NCBI GenBank assembly: GCA_973895155.1
Contig: OZ316892.1
Coordinates: forward strand, 322,817 to 386,816
Direction of reading: 5' to 3'
Origin: Marsupella aquatica
Lineage: Eukaryota; Plantae; Marchantiophyta
Length of the DNA stretch: 64,000 nt
A program made the position numbers and the translations under genes. Below, in pieces: positions 32,401-44,732 of the stretch (positions within the stretch are counted from its first letter, which is position 1; each line of letters starts with the position of its first letter). Below the pieces are notes generated by a model. The model was not told the DNA's origin. It saw only the letters and a program-made list of their open reading frames with translations, and made no database searches.

Positions 32401-34123
32401 TAAGGGAGAAGGACGAGATGCTCGAACAGACTTACGCCAAGATGAACCAGATGGAGTCTATCATCATTGCAGAGCTCGACAAGGAGCTAAAAGCAACCCA
32501 GGAGGAGAGGACTACCTTGAAACAAGAACGGGAGGAAGCCCAGAAGGAACTAGAGGAGGCACGCAAGGACCTGGATGAGACCCAGGAGGAGTTGGAGGAA
32601 ATCACGAGGAAGATGGAGAACCTCCAGCGGCGGGCCGACAACCAAACGGAGCGGCTGAAGAAACAAGCCGCAGTATTTAGGTGCTTGTCTTCATCAGGCC
32701 CAACTCCAATTGGGGCAACCAAGTTACCAGGAGTGGTACTGGCCGAAGAAAAAGCCACGCCAACTGCACCAGTGCCGGAGGTAAGTGGGAAGGGGAAGGG
32801 ACCAGCTGCCGAACCAGAAAAGAAGAAAAAGCGGAAACCTTCAGGGTCAAGGAGTAATCCGACTCCACAAGCCGTGGTGACCAAAGAGGTAGAACCAGCA
32901 CCATCCTCCGACATGAATACGGCAATAGATCCCGCTATGATCACAGGTAGGGATGGTGCGGCCCAAGCCGAACTACTCAGTAAGGAGGCCAGTATTCCAG
33001 ATCCGCCTCTTGAGCAGGCCGGGGAGACCGTAGCCGAGGCTGAGGCCGTAACCGATTCTCGAGCCGATGCCGACGCCGATGGTGGACCCAGTCAGGCCGA
33101 TGGAGAGTTGACTCAGTCAAGGGCAGGTAATCTGTCAGGGAATGAGCCTACGACAGTGGCTGAGGAGGAAGCGTTGGGGGCGTCCATTAAGGATCCACCA
33201 CCGGTGTCGTGACGGTGCAAGGGCGCCGTTCCTTTTAGGGAGGGCGGACGTGGAGGGAGGAGGCGTGAGTGGGCAGGGCGGGCGCGGATCTCCACGTTTA
33301 GGATTAGGATCAGAACCAGGAGCGGCCCTGACACTTAGCTTAGTGGGATTGCGGTCCCACTGGTAGGAGCAACACTTGTGCTCCTGCCTTGCTGTACATA
33401 GGTAGATTCGGGCAAGTAGATTACTGTTAAGTAGATTAGGCTTACGATGCAAAGAATGGCGGATCCACTACCAGGATAAGTACCTGGGCAGCTGGGAGCT
33501 CAGGGCCTCTTCTTTAGCAAGTTTTTAGTTTGCACCAGCCGGGCTGGGATCAAGTAGTACGAGAAGCTCTCGGTTAGTCATACAGTGACCCTTGTGTATA
33601 TTCATGTTTCCTCATGCCTAAGAGCTGAATAGAGTTGGCCTCACGGCTTAGTTCGCAGAACTTGTGTATGAGATGTACTATTTGTATGGCAAGTGCATGG
33701 TATGACTCAGTCAGAATGAGTCATTTTGCTATTTGTGTGTCGCATTAACTTGTGTGAAGAGTGCCCACATCAACAGAAGGAAGGAAAGTAAGCAGGGGAG
33801 TGAGAGTTGGATGTGTCGAGCTAAGAGAGGTCTTAGCGGCTTAACCAAGCCTATTGGGGATCATTCCGGCGGCGGAATCCAAACATACCTAACAAGACGG
33901 AGGGGAAGACAGGGGAAGGCCTATATTAGGCCGGCTACGTATCTCATGACCCGATGAAGGATCTGTCCAGTATATGTGTGTAAAATGTTAATAGTAGTAG
34001 TAGAAGGTTAGCAGCGTCCCATGCCGCTAAGCCGCGGAAACGGCCTCGCCAAGCACGAAACCTGCGGGAATCGGCTTGAGCTGGGGGGTTTCTTGGGTTT
34101 AGGGAGCCATGGGACGCACCACA
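29460..34123 (+). repeat. 3' LTR (4,664 bp), preceded by a short purine-rich PPT (AAGTGGGGAAC)
   Basis: Direct repeat of 18579-23235. Confidence 0.95.
29832..33212 (+). pseudogene. 3'-LTR copy of the LTR-encoded ORF (stops at 30282 and 30345; 946-aa open remainder)
   Basis: Same frame throughout. The TAG codons correspond to CAG and TGG in the 5' LTR. Confidence 0.75.
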
Positions 34124-34700
34124 GGAAGTAGGAGTCCACAAGAACTCGGCCTTGATGAGTTCGCCTCCTAAGAAAGCCGTCTTCTACAGCTCCCACAATT
34201 GAGCGAGCTCCTGCCGTTCTCGAGCTGCCCTTTCTGATTCTTCGTCCTCGTAAGTCTTGATGTACTCAGTTGCCCGTTCGAACAAGCATCCCCAGAAATG
34301 TGCCGCTTGATTGACATTGCTCATACCCTCCTTAGGTTGATCGTCAGTATCTACTCTCTCCCCGAGTGCTTGCCTAAGCAGCTGACAGTAGTTGGCCTCC
34401 CGTAGTCGTCTGCCTAGTTCGTGCTCGCAAATGAGCCACCATTCCCTGCAAGCGCTTCTTACCCCTCTCCTCTTCCGGTCCTTCCTCCCGTTGATCCTTC
34501 CTAGCCGCCGACGCTTAGCGCACCCTTACCCTAATCTTGTTTTCACCCCCAGCGTCCTTACCTCCGGCCTCGGCCCGGGTTCCATAGTCACCCCTAATTG
34601 TTTATATTTTCCTTGTTTTATCCCTATACTAAGGTGTTTCTAGGGTGCACTCCTGCTTTACCCACTTAACTGGCCGAGTGATTCCTGGCTAGGCATCACA
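34124..34700 (-). mobile_element. 5' end of another giant-LTR copy, inverted and interrupted by the full-length element
   Basis: Reverse complement starts TGTGATGCCTAGCCAGGAATC at 34700 and is colinear with 18579-19152. Confidence 0.9.
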
Positions 34701-34900
34701 TGAAGTATTCACAATTTGTTGAAGATCTGTTCCCAGCGGTGGTAGTCTCTCATCTATTGGGGATCCCATGATAGTGTCGGGATTCTCGATGTCTGTCGGA
34801 GAAAGGTGATGTATAGTCCTAGGGGCTTCTGATTGTCCTTCGATGAACGGATGTTTTGATTGGATAGGACTCTGGGTGGGTGAATAAATGGAAGTGGGAC

Positions 34901-35941
34901 TTATGGAGTAATACAGTTATAGGCTGGCGAGGGTTGAGTAACAGAAGCATTCCTTAATCTATCTACAATAGGGAGGATTTCTTCTGGATCACAGGTCAGC
35001 GTTCTAGACAAACTGTCTACTATATCCTGATTAAAAATAGCCTTCCCATCATCAATCAATTTCTCTAGATGATTATGTTTACTGGCAGGAATAATAGGGA
35101 GAGGAGTGTGGTCGGTTGGACTACTACTAGTATGGTAAGGTGTAATCTCAACGTGAGGATTAATATCCTCATCCATAAGTTCCAGAGCAGGTGGCATAAT
35201 TTCTTGGTGACTAGCTTCAAATGTTTCCTCCATTCTCAGATCATCGAGTCTCAAATCAGTCTCCGAATGTTCCACATCTAATTCCTCCAATAGTGCAATC
35301 CTTTTGAGCTTCTCCTGTGGGAGTAGACAGTCTCCATGCCAGTAGAGTTGGCTGAGGTAAGCTGGGAGGTATGTTGGCTTTCCATTCTGTACAACATTGA
35401 TTTGACTGAGGATGGTGTGTCTCAGTAAAAATCCCCAATTAACTTCAGCAAGTCCTTTCCATGAAGTAACAAATGTGTTTGCTAAAGATACAGGTACCAT
35501 ATATGGTCAAGTGGGATGAAAAATTGGTACCAGAAACTCAAGGATGATCTGGAAGGTATAATCAATACATTGATTAAGCTTCCATCCAACTTTTGTATTT
35601 CTTGTCCTAGCGAACATTGGATCAGATAAAGTACTCTTTCCAGATTGTAAACCACAGCCTTCTGATGAACAACTAAAAGCGTCGGACACGAACTCTAAGT
35701 CCTACTTCTCGGGATCTGCTCGAACAGTCTCCTGAAATGCTTCTGGAATTTGTGACCCATCAGCAAACTCGCGCAAGTAGGTAGGACACACAGAAGACCA
35801 CGGAATGGATAGAAGTTTTCCCAGGTGCATAACTTCTAGAGCATTGGTCAATAACATCAAATCCCTCTCAAGTGCGGAGTACTTCACCGGTATAGCTCTA
35901 GGAACAGGGAAGTTGCAACTCATCTCATCCACACCCGCCAT
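34901..35941 (-). pseudogene. Degenerate transposon accessory ORF, distantly similar to the N-terminal domain of the LTR ORF
   Basis: Three same-frame ORF pieces split by single stops. LGKLLSIPW..YLREF, KVGWKLNQC..ILEFL and VNWGFLL parallel LEAFVRLPW..DLLEF, KNGFFRNTC..MIDFL and DYNGYLL. Confidence 0.5.
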
Positions 35942-36461
35942 GGCAAGTTGCAGCTATGGTTCTTGAAGTTGAGTCACTTACAAAAATCTAAGTCACGAAA
36001 TGACGGGGCGTATTGGCGTGATCGTGCATGAGCGTATAAATGCCACAGCGCTCAAGCATCTCTGCGTATGGGCGTGAACGTCGAGGCCTTTGGTAGCAAA
36101 CAGGGAAGTGAAAATGTTCGTCGCAAGCAAGTGGTCCAGTGAGTCACTCTGTTACTTCCTCCTCATTGTCAACGGCTACTTTCGGTTTCCGGCAGGGTGG
36201 GGTGTATATACGCGTCTGAGCGCATTGGCACATAAGCGCCTACGCGTTGGAGCGTCTTAGCAGATTAGCTACTACTGTGACTCCGATTTGACATGGCTGT
36301 AAAAGTAACTAGTTTTAGGAGACTATAGGGATGTACTTGAGGATGGCTTAACTACTCTAATGCTCCTAATTAATATAGATAACCTGAGGCGAATCACTAC
36401 TTATCTCAAAAAGTTGAAAATTTTAAAGTTTTCACAAAAATTCTGAATAACTGCTATATCA

Positions 36462-37207
36462 TAGTTGTTGTTCCCTTTCCTCTTCATAGCGGCTTCCGTG
36501 GATGTTTCTCCGAGCACGGTTGCCTTTGTCCACCCCTCCGTGCTACCCTTCAACTCCCAATGCATGTCGTTGCAGTGGTTGATGGCTTCCCGGATGCCGA
36601 CGATTCTATTCTCGCAAAACAGAAGGTTGTCTAGCTTGTCGTCAGTAGGTGTCCACAAGAATTCAGCCTTGAATGATGAGTTCTCCTCCTAAGAAGGCAA
36701 ACTTCTGCAGATCCCATAGTCGAGCGAGCTCCTACCGTTCTTGAGCTGCTCTTTTCGATTCTTCATCCTCGTAGGTCTCAATGTACTCAGTTGCCCGTTC
36801 GAATAGGCATCCCCAAAATGAGCAGCTTGATTGACGTTGCTCATACCCTTCCTTGAATCGATAGTCGATATCTGCTCCTGCCCCAAGTGGTTGCCTAAGC
36901 AGCTGATAGTAGTTGGCTTCACGTAGTTGTCTACTTAGTTCGTGCTTGCAAATTAGCCACCATTCCTTGCGATCGGTCCTGGTCTTCCTTCCCGTTAGTT
37001 ACCCATAGTCATCGGCACTTAGCACGCCCTAACCCTAATTGTGTTCCCTCCCCCGACGTCCTTACTTCCGGCCTTGGCTCGGGTTCCATAGTCACCCTTA
37101 ATTGTTTATATTTTCCTTGTTTTTGTTACTATACTAATGTGTTTCCAGGGTACACTCCTGATTTTTACCATTTAAACTGGCCCAGTGATTCCTGGCTAGG
37201 CATTACA
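36462..37207 (-). mobile_element. Older, diverged 5' fragment of the giant LTR
   Basis: Reverse complement starts TGTAATGCCTAGCCAGGAATC and encodes MSNVNQAAHF / HWELKGSTE homology. Confidence 0.85.
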
Positions 37208-38074
37208 ACACCCAATCTGCTCGCTTTCAATCTTGTCTCTCTAATAAATCAAGCACATGCTCCCTGTTCCTTGCCTTTGAACACACCTCTACAACCGGGA
37301 CTCTTATCACATGTTGAGATGCAAGCCAAAAATAACATCCCTTGCACCAAATCAGTTTCCTGAATGTTAGGTGTTGCTCTTAGTCTTGTGACTCTTGAGC
37401 TAACCACAGTTAGGCTAACTCAGGTTAGAATTTAGCTAAGGTTAGCGGTAGTGCTGTTGTGAATATAGCCAGGGCTAATGCCAGACCCTAGTGGAACTTA
37501 GGCTCATTGTTACGGAGCTAGTTGAGAAATAGGAAGAGCTTGCGCTGTGGATGCTTGGTATGTCCGGTCGGCCTAGAGTGCAGTAAAGGTCTTGTGTGTT
37601 TCCGTGGATGTAACCCTCATGTGGAGGTGAACCACGTATCTCTCTGTGTTGACTCTTGTGCATTGGATGGTTCATGGGCTTGCCATTGCAATTGTCGTCT
37701 ATGCGCAACAAGTGGTATCAGAGCATGCCTGGGAGGTGACGAGGTTTTTTTGTGACGGGTTTTTTATAGCATTCAGTGTCGGTGATGCATTAGGAGTTTT
37801 GTCACATGAAACTTGAATGTGTGTGGCTGAGCGGATAGGTTAGTGAGAGGGCTCTCTAACGGTGGTTAGAACTTGTTGATCGGTATCCGTGGTGCAGAGG
37901 AATTGAAGTTTGCGTCATTCAGGGTTTATTCGTGTTTGGCGGTTTTTTGGGAGAGAGACCAAAGATTGTTTTTTCAACGGAGTGAGCTTTGTAGTGTTTG
38001 GGAGATTGCACATTATAGCTCAAGTTGAAGGTTGAAGCGAGCTGGTCATTTCGGTAGCTGAATTGCTGTCGAGT

Positions 38075-41000
38075 TGTGTCACGCGATTGACATGGGTCTC
38101 AACACCAAAACCATCACTATTGGGTGCCAAAACCATCTCCTTGTACCTGAGGATCACGAAGGGATGCGGTGAAGGCCGGTAAACACCAGTTTATGCCCTT
38201 AACACCATACTATCATAGCAAGACTCTATCACACATCACCCAAGCTCAATCCCTAGGAATCAAGGTTGGGAATCAGATCCTGTGCTCATGATAGTTCTGG
38301 TGAGAAGGGGTATTCATATCGGGCCCGTACACACAGGGCCTAGCGCTACGGTGCGCATATATCTATACGTATGCTTACTGTCATAGGTATATTTCTATTC
38401 TGCCGCCGGAATGTACCCATAAACCAGTGACTCCTGACTGATTCCCGGCTTAGGGACTTCTAAGCCATTGCCCCACCACTATGCCATTCCATTCTCAGCA
38501 ATCAGAGCTGTGACAGCCCTCACCCAACCCACTTCAGTGCACCTAGTACACCTCTCAGTGGCGCTGCTAGTCCCATCATACACTCAGATTGCCTCACACA
38601 CACACACATCCATGAGAGAAATGAGGCCTGAGAGGAAAACTCAATTAGATTCAAAGATGTGCACAATAGTTCACTGAGAACACTTGATCCGAACACTAGG
38701 CCCGAAGGCTGTCTCCTCCAGATTGCGACGTGCTTGTCCTGCAAGCCCCGTGCTTGCCATGCAAGCTCAATCCTGAACCTGAGCCTGGCTCACTCCAGAT
38801 TGCGACGGCAGATTGGACTCAAACCAATCCCGTACTTGCCTTGCAAACTCAATCCTGAACTCAACCTCCTTCACTGCACTTCATTCTTGGGGGCACGTAC
38901 AGATCTCACACCCCCATTTCAGAATGGCAAGTACACATGCACAGTTGACTCGACTTCAAAGTTGGTACCAGGCCTAACGGCGATCTACCCCAGACTATAA
39001 TGAGGCCCGGCCTCATGCTTGCCCTACAAGCTCAGCTCTGGCCATATTTAGTGCTCTCTACCAGACAAAGGCCGGGACTCCCCATGGATCACGTAGCCTT
39101 GCCAGACTAAACTGTAAATGCTCCTCCTGCTGCCCCTCAATCAGTATCTCAGCCTCCCTAATGTGCTCACCGCAAATCACATTGAAATCCTCCCCATAGT
39201 TTACAATCACCAACACGTCACCTATCACCAAGGCTCTGTATCGGGGGAAAAGAACCCAGTTGTGTTGCCTACTAGAAAGAGCCACAATCCAACTTACAAA
39301 CCTGGCCAACTGTTGATGTGAAGCGTGGCTGATTACTCCCTGAGTAATAGCACAACCAAGTTCTCCCCAACACACAGCTTCCAAGCCCAGCCTTCCTTGC
39401 ACAGAGCTCCTCCCTACTGCTCAATCTACGTGAGATCACACAACTGAAGTCCCCCCTGCCTCTACCGGGGGGCTGCTCTATATACTCTCATATTGAGCCC
39501 AAATGGGTGGATACTACGCTGCTGGAGCCCCATCCCAGCCCTAACAGAGCCGCCACTATCTCTAACTACTGAACCCTAACTCGCAACTTTATTTTTATCT
39601 CGAATTGGCTATGTACTTCGGATTTGGCCCTCCTCGAGGTTTTCACGAGCTTGCGCCTCCTCTCCCGATTTCTCTATTCAACCATTTGCTGCGTGGATAG
39701 CAGCGTTGGAAGCGACTTGAGCTCCTCTTTCCAACGAGGTCAATTATAGCCAATTTGGTCAAATACACAGAGAGTTTGTGGACTAGCTCAAAATAGGGTA
39801 TGTAAGAAACTCATCATTTTTTTGTTTTTTGTACAAGGATAGTAAGAAATACATTTTAGCATTAGTAAAGTACTTAGGGTTTGCAACCCTAAGTCATTAA
39901 GGAAGGATATTAGGAAATCATGGAAGGGAAAAATATGTTGTTCTAAGAAGATGTAAAGGGATAAGTGAGGTCTTTATGGTAGGGCAGCAAATATTCTTTC
40001 CTTAGTTAGGATAGGCGACTAAGTCGGGACCGGAAAATGACCCAACACCTGACATCTCATTTTTGGCTAATATTTCTCCCATGGGTGCGGGGAGGTCCCT
40101 AGGGAACTCTGAAAAATTATGAAGTGAAGTAGGGTCTCAACCTAGGAATTGTGAGTATTTTGGCTGAACTTAAAATAACCATCTAGCGGGTCCCAGAGAA
40201 ATTAGCCAAGGGGTAGATATTTTTGGTTCGAGCTTAAAATTGGGTATAGTATAGCCCATAATATCCCTTGAAAGTCTAAGAAGTCGTTTATCAACTTTGG
40301 TTAGTTTTTGGGAGCACCTCAAAGATTGGGAAAAGTAATGCAACCTATAGATATGGGCAAACTTAGGTATTTTTAGAAAAGTCAGTGCGGGGTATTTAGC
40401 GCGTTTGACAAATTCAGGAGGGAGTCCTATGTCCAAGGATCCCATAACTATGCTCAGAAGTTCTTTTAGACCTATGGGTGATTTTTGGCATGGCTTTAAA
40501 AATGGCTAGTACAAAGTTTTCTCCCACGAGAGAACCAAATTTTTTCTAAGTGTGGAAACGCGACGACGCGGCTGTGACGAGGCTAGCACGAGGCAGGAAA
40601 GAGTCTAAGCACGAGGGCGGCTGCGAGTTGAGTGATTAGACTATGAAATCACATGGTGGAAAATCTATGGTGGGCTATTGTTGCTCCAGCACGAGATCGG
40701 CTAACTTAGGCAATGTGAAATTGATGCAGCAGCTGTCTAGTAAACGTGATCTCTGCCTGGATGTTGACAAATTGAGAAAGGGCAGGCACTACATAGGCTA
40801 TAGAGCTTGCTGCCAAGGAAAACGTGGATGTTGCTGGCTGATTCACTCTACTGGCTGATTCAATGTACTGGCTGATTCAATCTACGGGTAGGTAAGCTTG
40901 TGCTGAGTAAATTCAAAAGAGAATGGTTGGCAATTGAGAATCCATGTGCTGAGCATTGACCAACTGCTGCAATTTACAGCAGTTGTGAGCTATGGCTACT

Positions 41001-42723
41001 CTTGAGCAAATCAATCACAATCCAGCCTAACAATTAGAAGGGACTCAGTCATAAATCAGAGGAGAAGCTACTGCAAAAATCAGTCAAGCAATTAGTCAAG
41101 GAATCATCCTCAAATCAGCTGCACAATCAGGCACGATGCTAAGCTCTATAGCTTCTGGAAATACTGGACCTTATGAGGAACTCTCTCAGGTCGACACCTG
41201 GTATACACATAAGTGTAAACCAGGACCTATGATAGTGTAATTCGTAGCCCTTTTGCACATAAGGGATTGAGAGAAGGAAAATGCCATAACTTGAGCTAGG
41301 GGCATCCGTTGGGACCCATATTTTTTGTGCCGATTCAAGGGAAGGTAAAGCATCGTTGAGTGAAGGTAGAAACCCAGGAAAAGAAATACCCAGAGATATT
41401 TTAACCGTCGCCATGGGGGGGTCCCACTAGTTTGCAAACGGGAGCTGCCAAGGGGGAATGAATACCAGATGTAGGGCCAAACATTTTGGGTACTCATACC
41501 ACTTTAGTAAGGCTCTAGGGAAGGGTACTTACCTTTGGTCGAAGGTGCAAGGCCATCAAGTTAATAGAAGTGAGTATAGAGGGTAGTTTGCTTAGGGTAG
41601 TATAAGGGGTACAAGTCAAATAAGGCCAACTTTGACTAGGCATAACTTTGGACTCAAGTACTCTTTTTGCGAGCTTTCAAGTGCGTTGGAAAGCTGATGA
41701 AGAGGACCATAAGTGGGAGCAGGTTTGGAGGTCAAAGCATGCAACTCATGTGTGGCATATTCCAGGGCTTGGAAGGAGTCAAGCAATAGGTTGTAGAGTG
41801 AGCTATGAACTATAGTTTGGACTTGGTGTGTTAGGAGGACTTGGGGGAGGTATAGTTGGACCCCAGGTCAAGCTTGTTGTGGTGTGAAAGGAGAAGAGTA
41901 TATAAGGTGGAAGATTTCATTTGTTGAGGACCAGAAGTCTCATTCTTAAGTGTAAGCTCTACCTTGCAAGTTGGGGCTAAGATTGAGAAGGGGAAGGAGG
42001 TCCATGCTTAGTGTGGAGAGTGTGTAGTGACCTTTTATGTAAGGATTGAGTATACAATAAAAGGATTCTTCCAATCTTCATTGTGACCACTAAGTGTGAC
42101 TAAATGTGAAGTGTTTGAGAGCAAGAGAAGAGTCCATGCTAGGATGCAATCTTGGTCTAATCGTGAAGGGGATGTGCTGGTACACAACCAAGGCTAGGGA
42201 GGCAAGGTTAAGGTGGAGCACTACTTTGGGGTTTAGAGAGGATTGTATCTTGAGGGTGGAAAGTACCTTGCTTTGGGTGAGAACCAAGAGGAAGAGTTCT
42301 TTGCAAGAAGAGTTTTTCTAGAGCTCAAGGGGGTGTGTGGACCAAAACCAAGGCCAGGGGGGGCAAGGTTAAGGGGTAACACTACCTTGAGGATCTTGAG
42401 GGGACTTAAGCTTGAAGAGAAAAGTACTTGGGGTTCTTGGGTGTTTGTTTTAGGGTCTACTCTAAGGTGACAACTTGGAGTGGATATCCCCCTTGCTAAT
42501 CCTTGGAGTAGAGGAGAGAGAAAGAGTGGGAGTGCAAAAGTAGTCAAGGTGACTACCTCTCTAGAAGTGGAGAGTTGAAACTACTTGTGTATGATGTACT
42601 TAGACCTTGCATGCACATTTCAGAAGTTTTGTCAATCCTTTGTGACCCTGGTATGACATGGAGCAAGTATTAGGTAGTTTTTTAGGGGAAAAGATGCTTA
42701 AGCTCCTTGACAAGTGTTTGACA
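38075..42723. mobile_element. ~4.6-kb non-coding LTR-like insertion(s) in the Copia A leader
   Basis: TG(TG)TCA...TGACA ends flanked by GAGT on both sides. No credible ORFs; partly homologous to ~400-1190. Boundaries are uncertain and it may be composite. Confidence 0.5.
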
Positions 42724-42764
42724 GAGTTATGCCCCCGCAACCGAGAGAGGGTACTCACTACTGC

Positions 42765-43140
42765 GCTAACCCGAGTTACATAGCTAACCCGAGTTCGGCT
42801 AACCTAGCTATCCTATCTAACCCGAGTAGAGCTAATCCGTGGTCTCGAGTTAGGCGCTACCCACTATCCACTAACCTAGGCTAAGCTGAGCCCGAACCCG
42901 AGCTTGCCTATGATAACCCGAGCCCGAGTTTAGGCTAACCCAAGTTCAGTCTAACCCGGGATCAATCTAATCCAAACCCGGGTTAAGCCTAAGTTGAAGC
43001 CGTGCTGACCTGAGCTAAGCTGAAGTCGTGCTTACCTGAGCTAAGCTGAAGCGTTGCTTACCTAAGCTAAGCAGTGGCCGAGCTTGGGTTAACCCGAACT
43101 AAAGCCGAATCCGCTAATTCCGGTCACAAGTTAACCCGTC
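42765..43140. repeat. Degenerate CTAACCCGAG / CTAAGCTGA repeat cluster in the Copia A leader
   Basis: Many imperfect copies are visible. Confidence 0.7.
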
Positions 43141-43780
43141 ACACTAATCAGGCCGTATCTTCCTTAATACACCTCTATTTCTCGAGTGTTTTATATCGAT
43201 TTTACTCGCCTTGACCAGATCTTTCCAATGCTCTTTACAGATCCGGATTTGGTGACATATTGAAAGAGATATGGTCGCCGACCACCCGCGACATAGCTTT
43301 TATTTCCCTACTCTTAATGCCATGATTGCCCTTATTCTTGCCATCTTGCTAATTGTTATGCAATATCAATAGCTACTCCTTGCATATAGCAACCTACTTA
43401 ATCAGATTACAGAATAAGGACCATGTCATTGGCGTCACAAGTTGTTACCGAGTGAGTCGTGATGAGAGAAGGAGGCATTCAGGTTTTTCTCACAAGCTAT
43501 GGAGCTTGTTCCCATCTGAACCGGGATTCTCTTCATGACGTCCAACTCGGTGGAAGAAATGCGAAGTGCTAGGGCTCAATAGAGAGTTAACGATGAGGCG
43601 GTCATTTTGAGCCCGGGTTTGGCACTTGACGCGGAGTGAAGGCGTCGTGGTGGAAGTTTAGTCTTTGCTGAGCTTGCAGACTGTGCCGGTGCAATTCAAT
43701 AACTTTTCCCGTCGGCGGTCATCATTTTTACTCATGGAATCGTCGATGGCAAGGTGAGAAATTGAAATTTTCTTTTAAAG

Positions 43781-44423
43781 GTTGACCACTTTTGGATTTT
43801 TAAAGGGGTTACTTCACCCCTTATGTGTACCCTGTGTGTGTATACACACAGGGTCGGCCTCACCCCCTCCCTTATACCGTCGCCTCCCCCTCCCTCCTGC
43901 CTTCAGACTCCGCCTTGCCACAACCGCGGCATGCAACGCCGGTCGGCGCTTAAGCCGCCGTCGTAGCCAAGCCACTCCCCTTTGTCGGTCACCCTTGCAC
44001 CCCCATCGCTTCCCTCGCGACCCCGCTTGCCCTATGGCTCGTCCCCCTGCCGGCCCTGCCCTCCCTTTCGCGACCTACCAGTCGCCCGTTGCCCCTCCCT
44101 CCTCACTTTTTACCGTACGCGGCTGCGTACGTAGCTGCCTATGTATCCCATGGGCGTACCCCCGGCCATACGCCCTTTGTCCCCGACCCTTATACCACAT
44201 ATTTTTTGATAAGGGGCTTAACACCCCCTTTAAGGGCCTATTTTTAACCATTTTTTTCTTCCTCTTGTTCTCCCTTGTGTCGGGACCTGCCACCCTTTGT
44301 TTTAAGCGCTTTGATAGGGGGAACGGCCCCTTGTAAGACCTGTCGGACTGTGCGGGAATATTCCCAAAAAACAAGGAGCTGTTTTTTGGCCTTCCAACAA
44401 AGATTTTGTGCGCCGAATGGTAA
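43781..44423. mobile_element. 643-bp insertion with a GC-rich core and a putative 9-bp TSD
   Basis: CTTTTAAAG at 43772-43780 and 44424-44432. Copia leader homology resumes afterwards. No clear TIR. Confidence 0.5.
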
Positions 44424-44732
44424 CTTTTAAAGTTCTTTTTTGGTGAGGTCATAGCCACTGGTCGGAGTTAGCAACGTGGCGCACAAATCAAATCGCAATT
44501 TTGACAATGGGTTGTCATTGGTATTTTGGTTATTCCCTAAGGTGGTCAAAACGGGGGAATTTCCCAAGGTTTTACCCACCCCAACCAAAATTTGAATAAC
44601 TTTTCCGTCGAATTTTAAATTTGATTTTGGCTTTCAGTATTGGACTCCTAGCTTTGTGGGCTACGCGGCGGTTTTGAGTTTTGAGGTTTATGAGAAGTTT
44701 CAAAAAAAGACATTTTTTTGTGATTGTTTCAT

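Larger units (their letters stand above)
18579..34123 (+). mobile_element. Full-length non-chromovirus Ty3/Gypsy LTR retrotransposon (Athila/Phygy-like pol), 15,545 bp
   Basis: TGTGATG...CACCACA LTRs at both ends, PBS, gag-pro, RT-RH-IN and PPT; no chromodomain. Flanks TTAAC / GGAAG are not a TSD. Confidence 0.95.
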
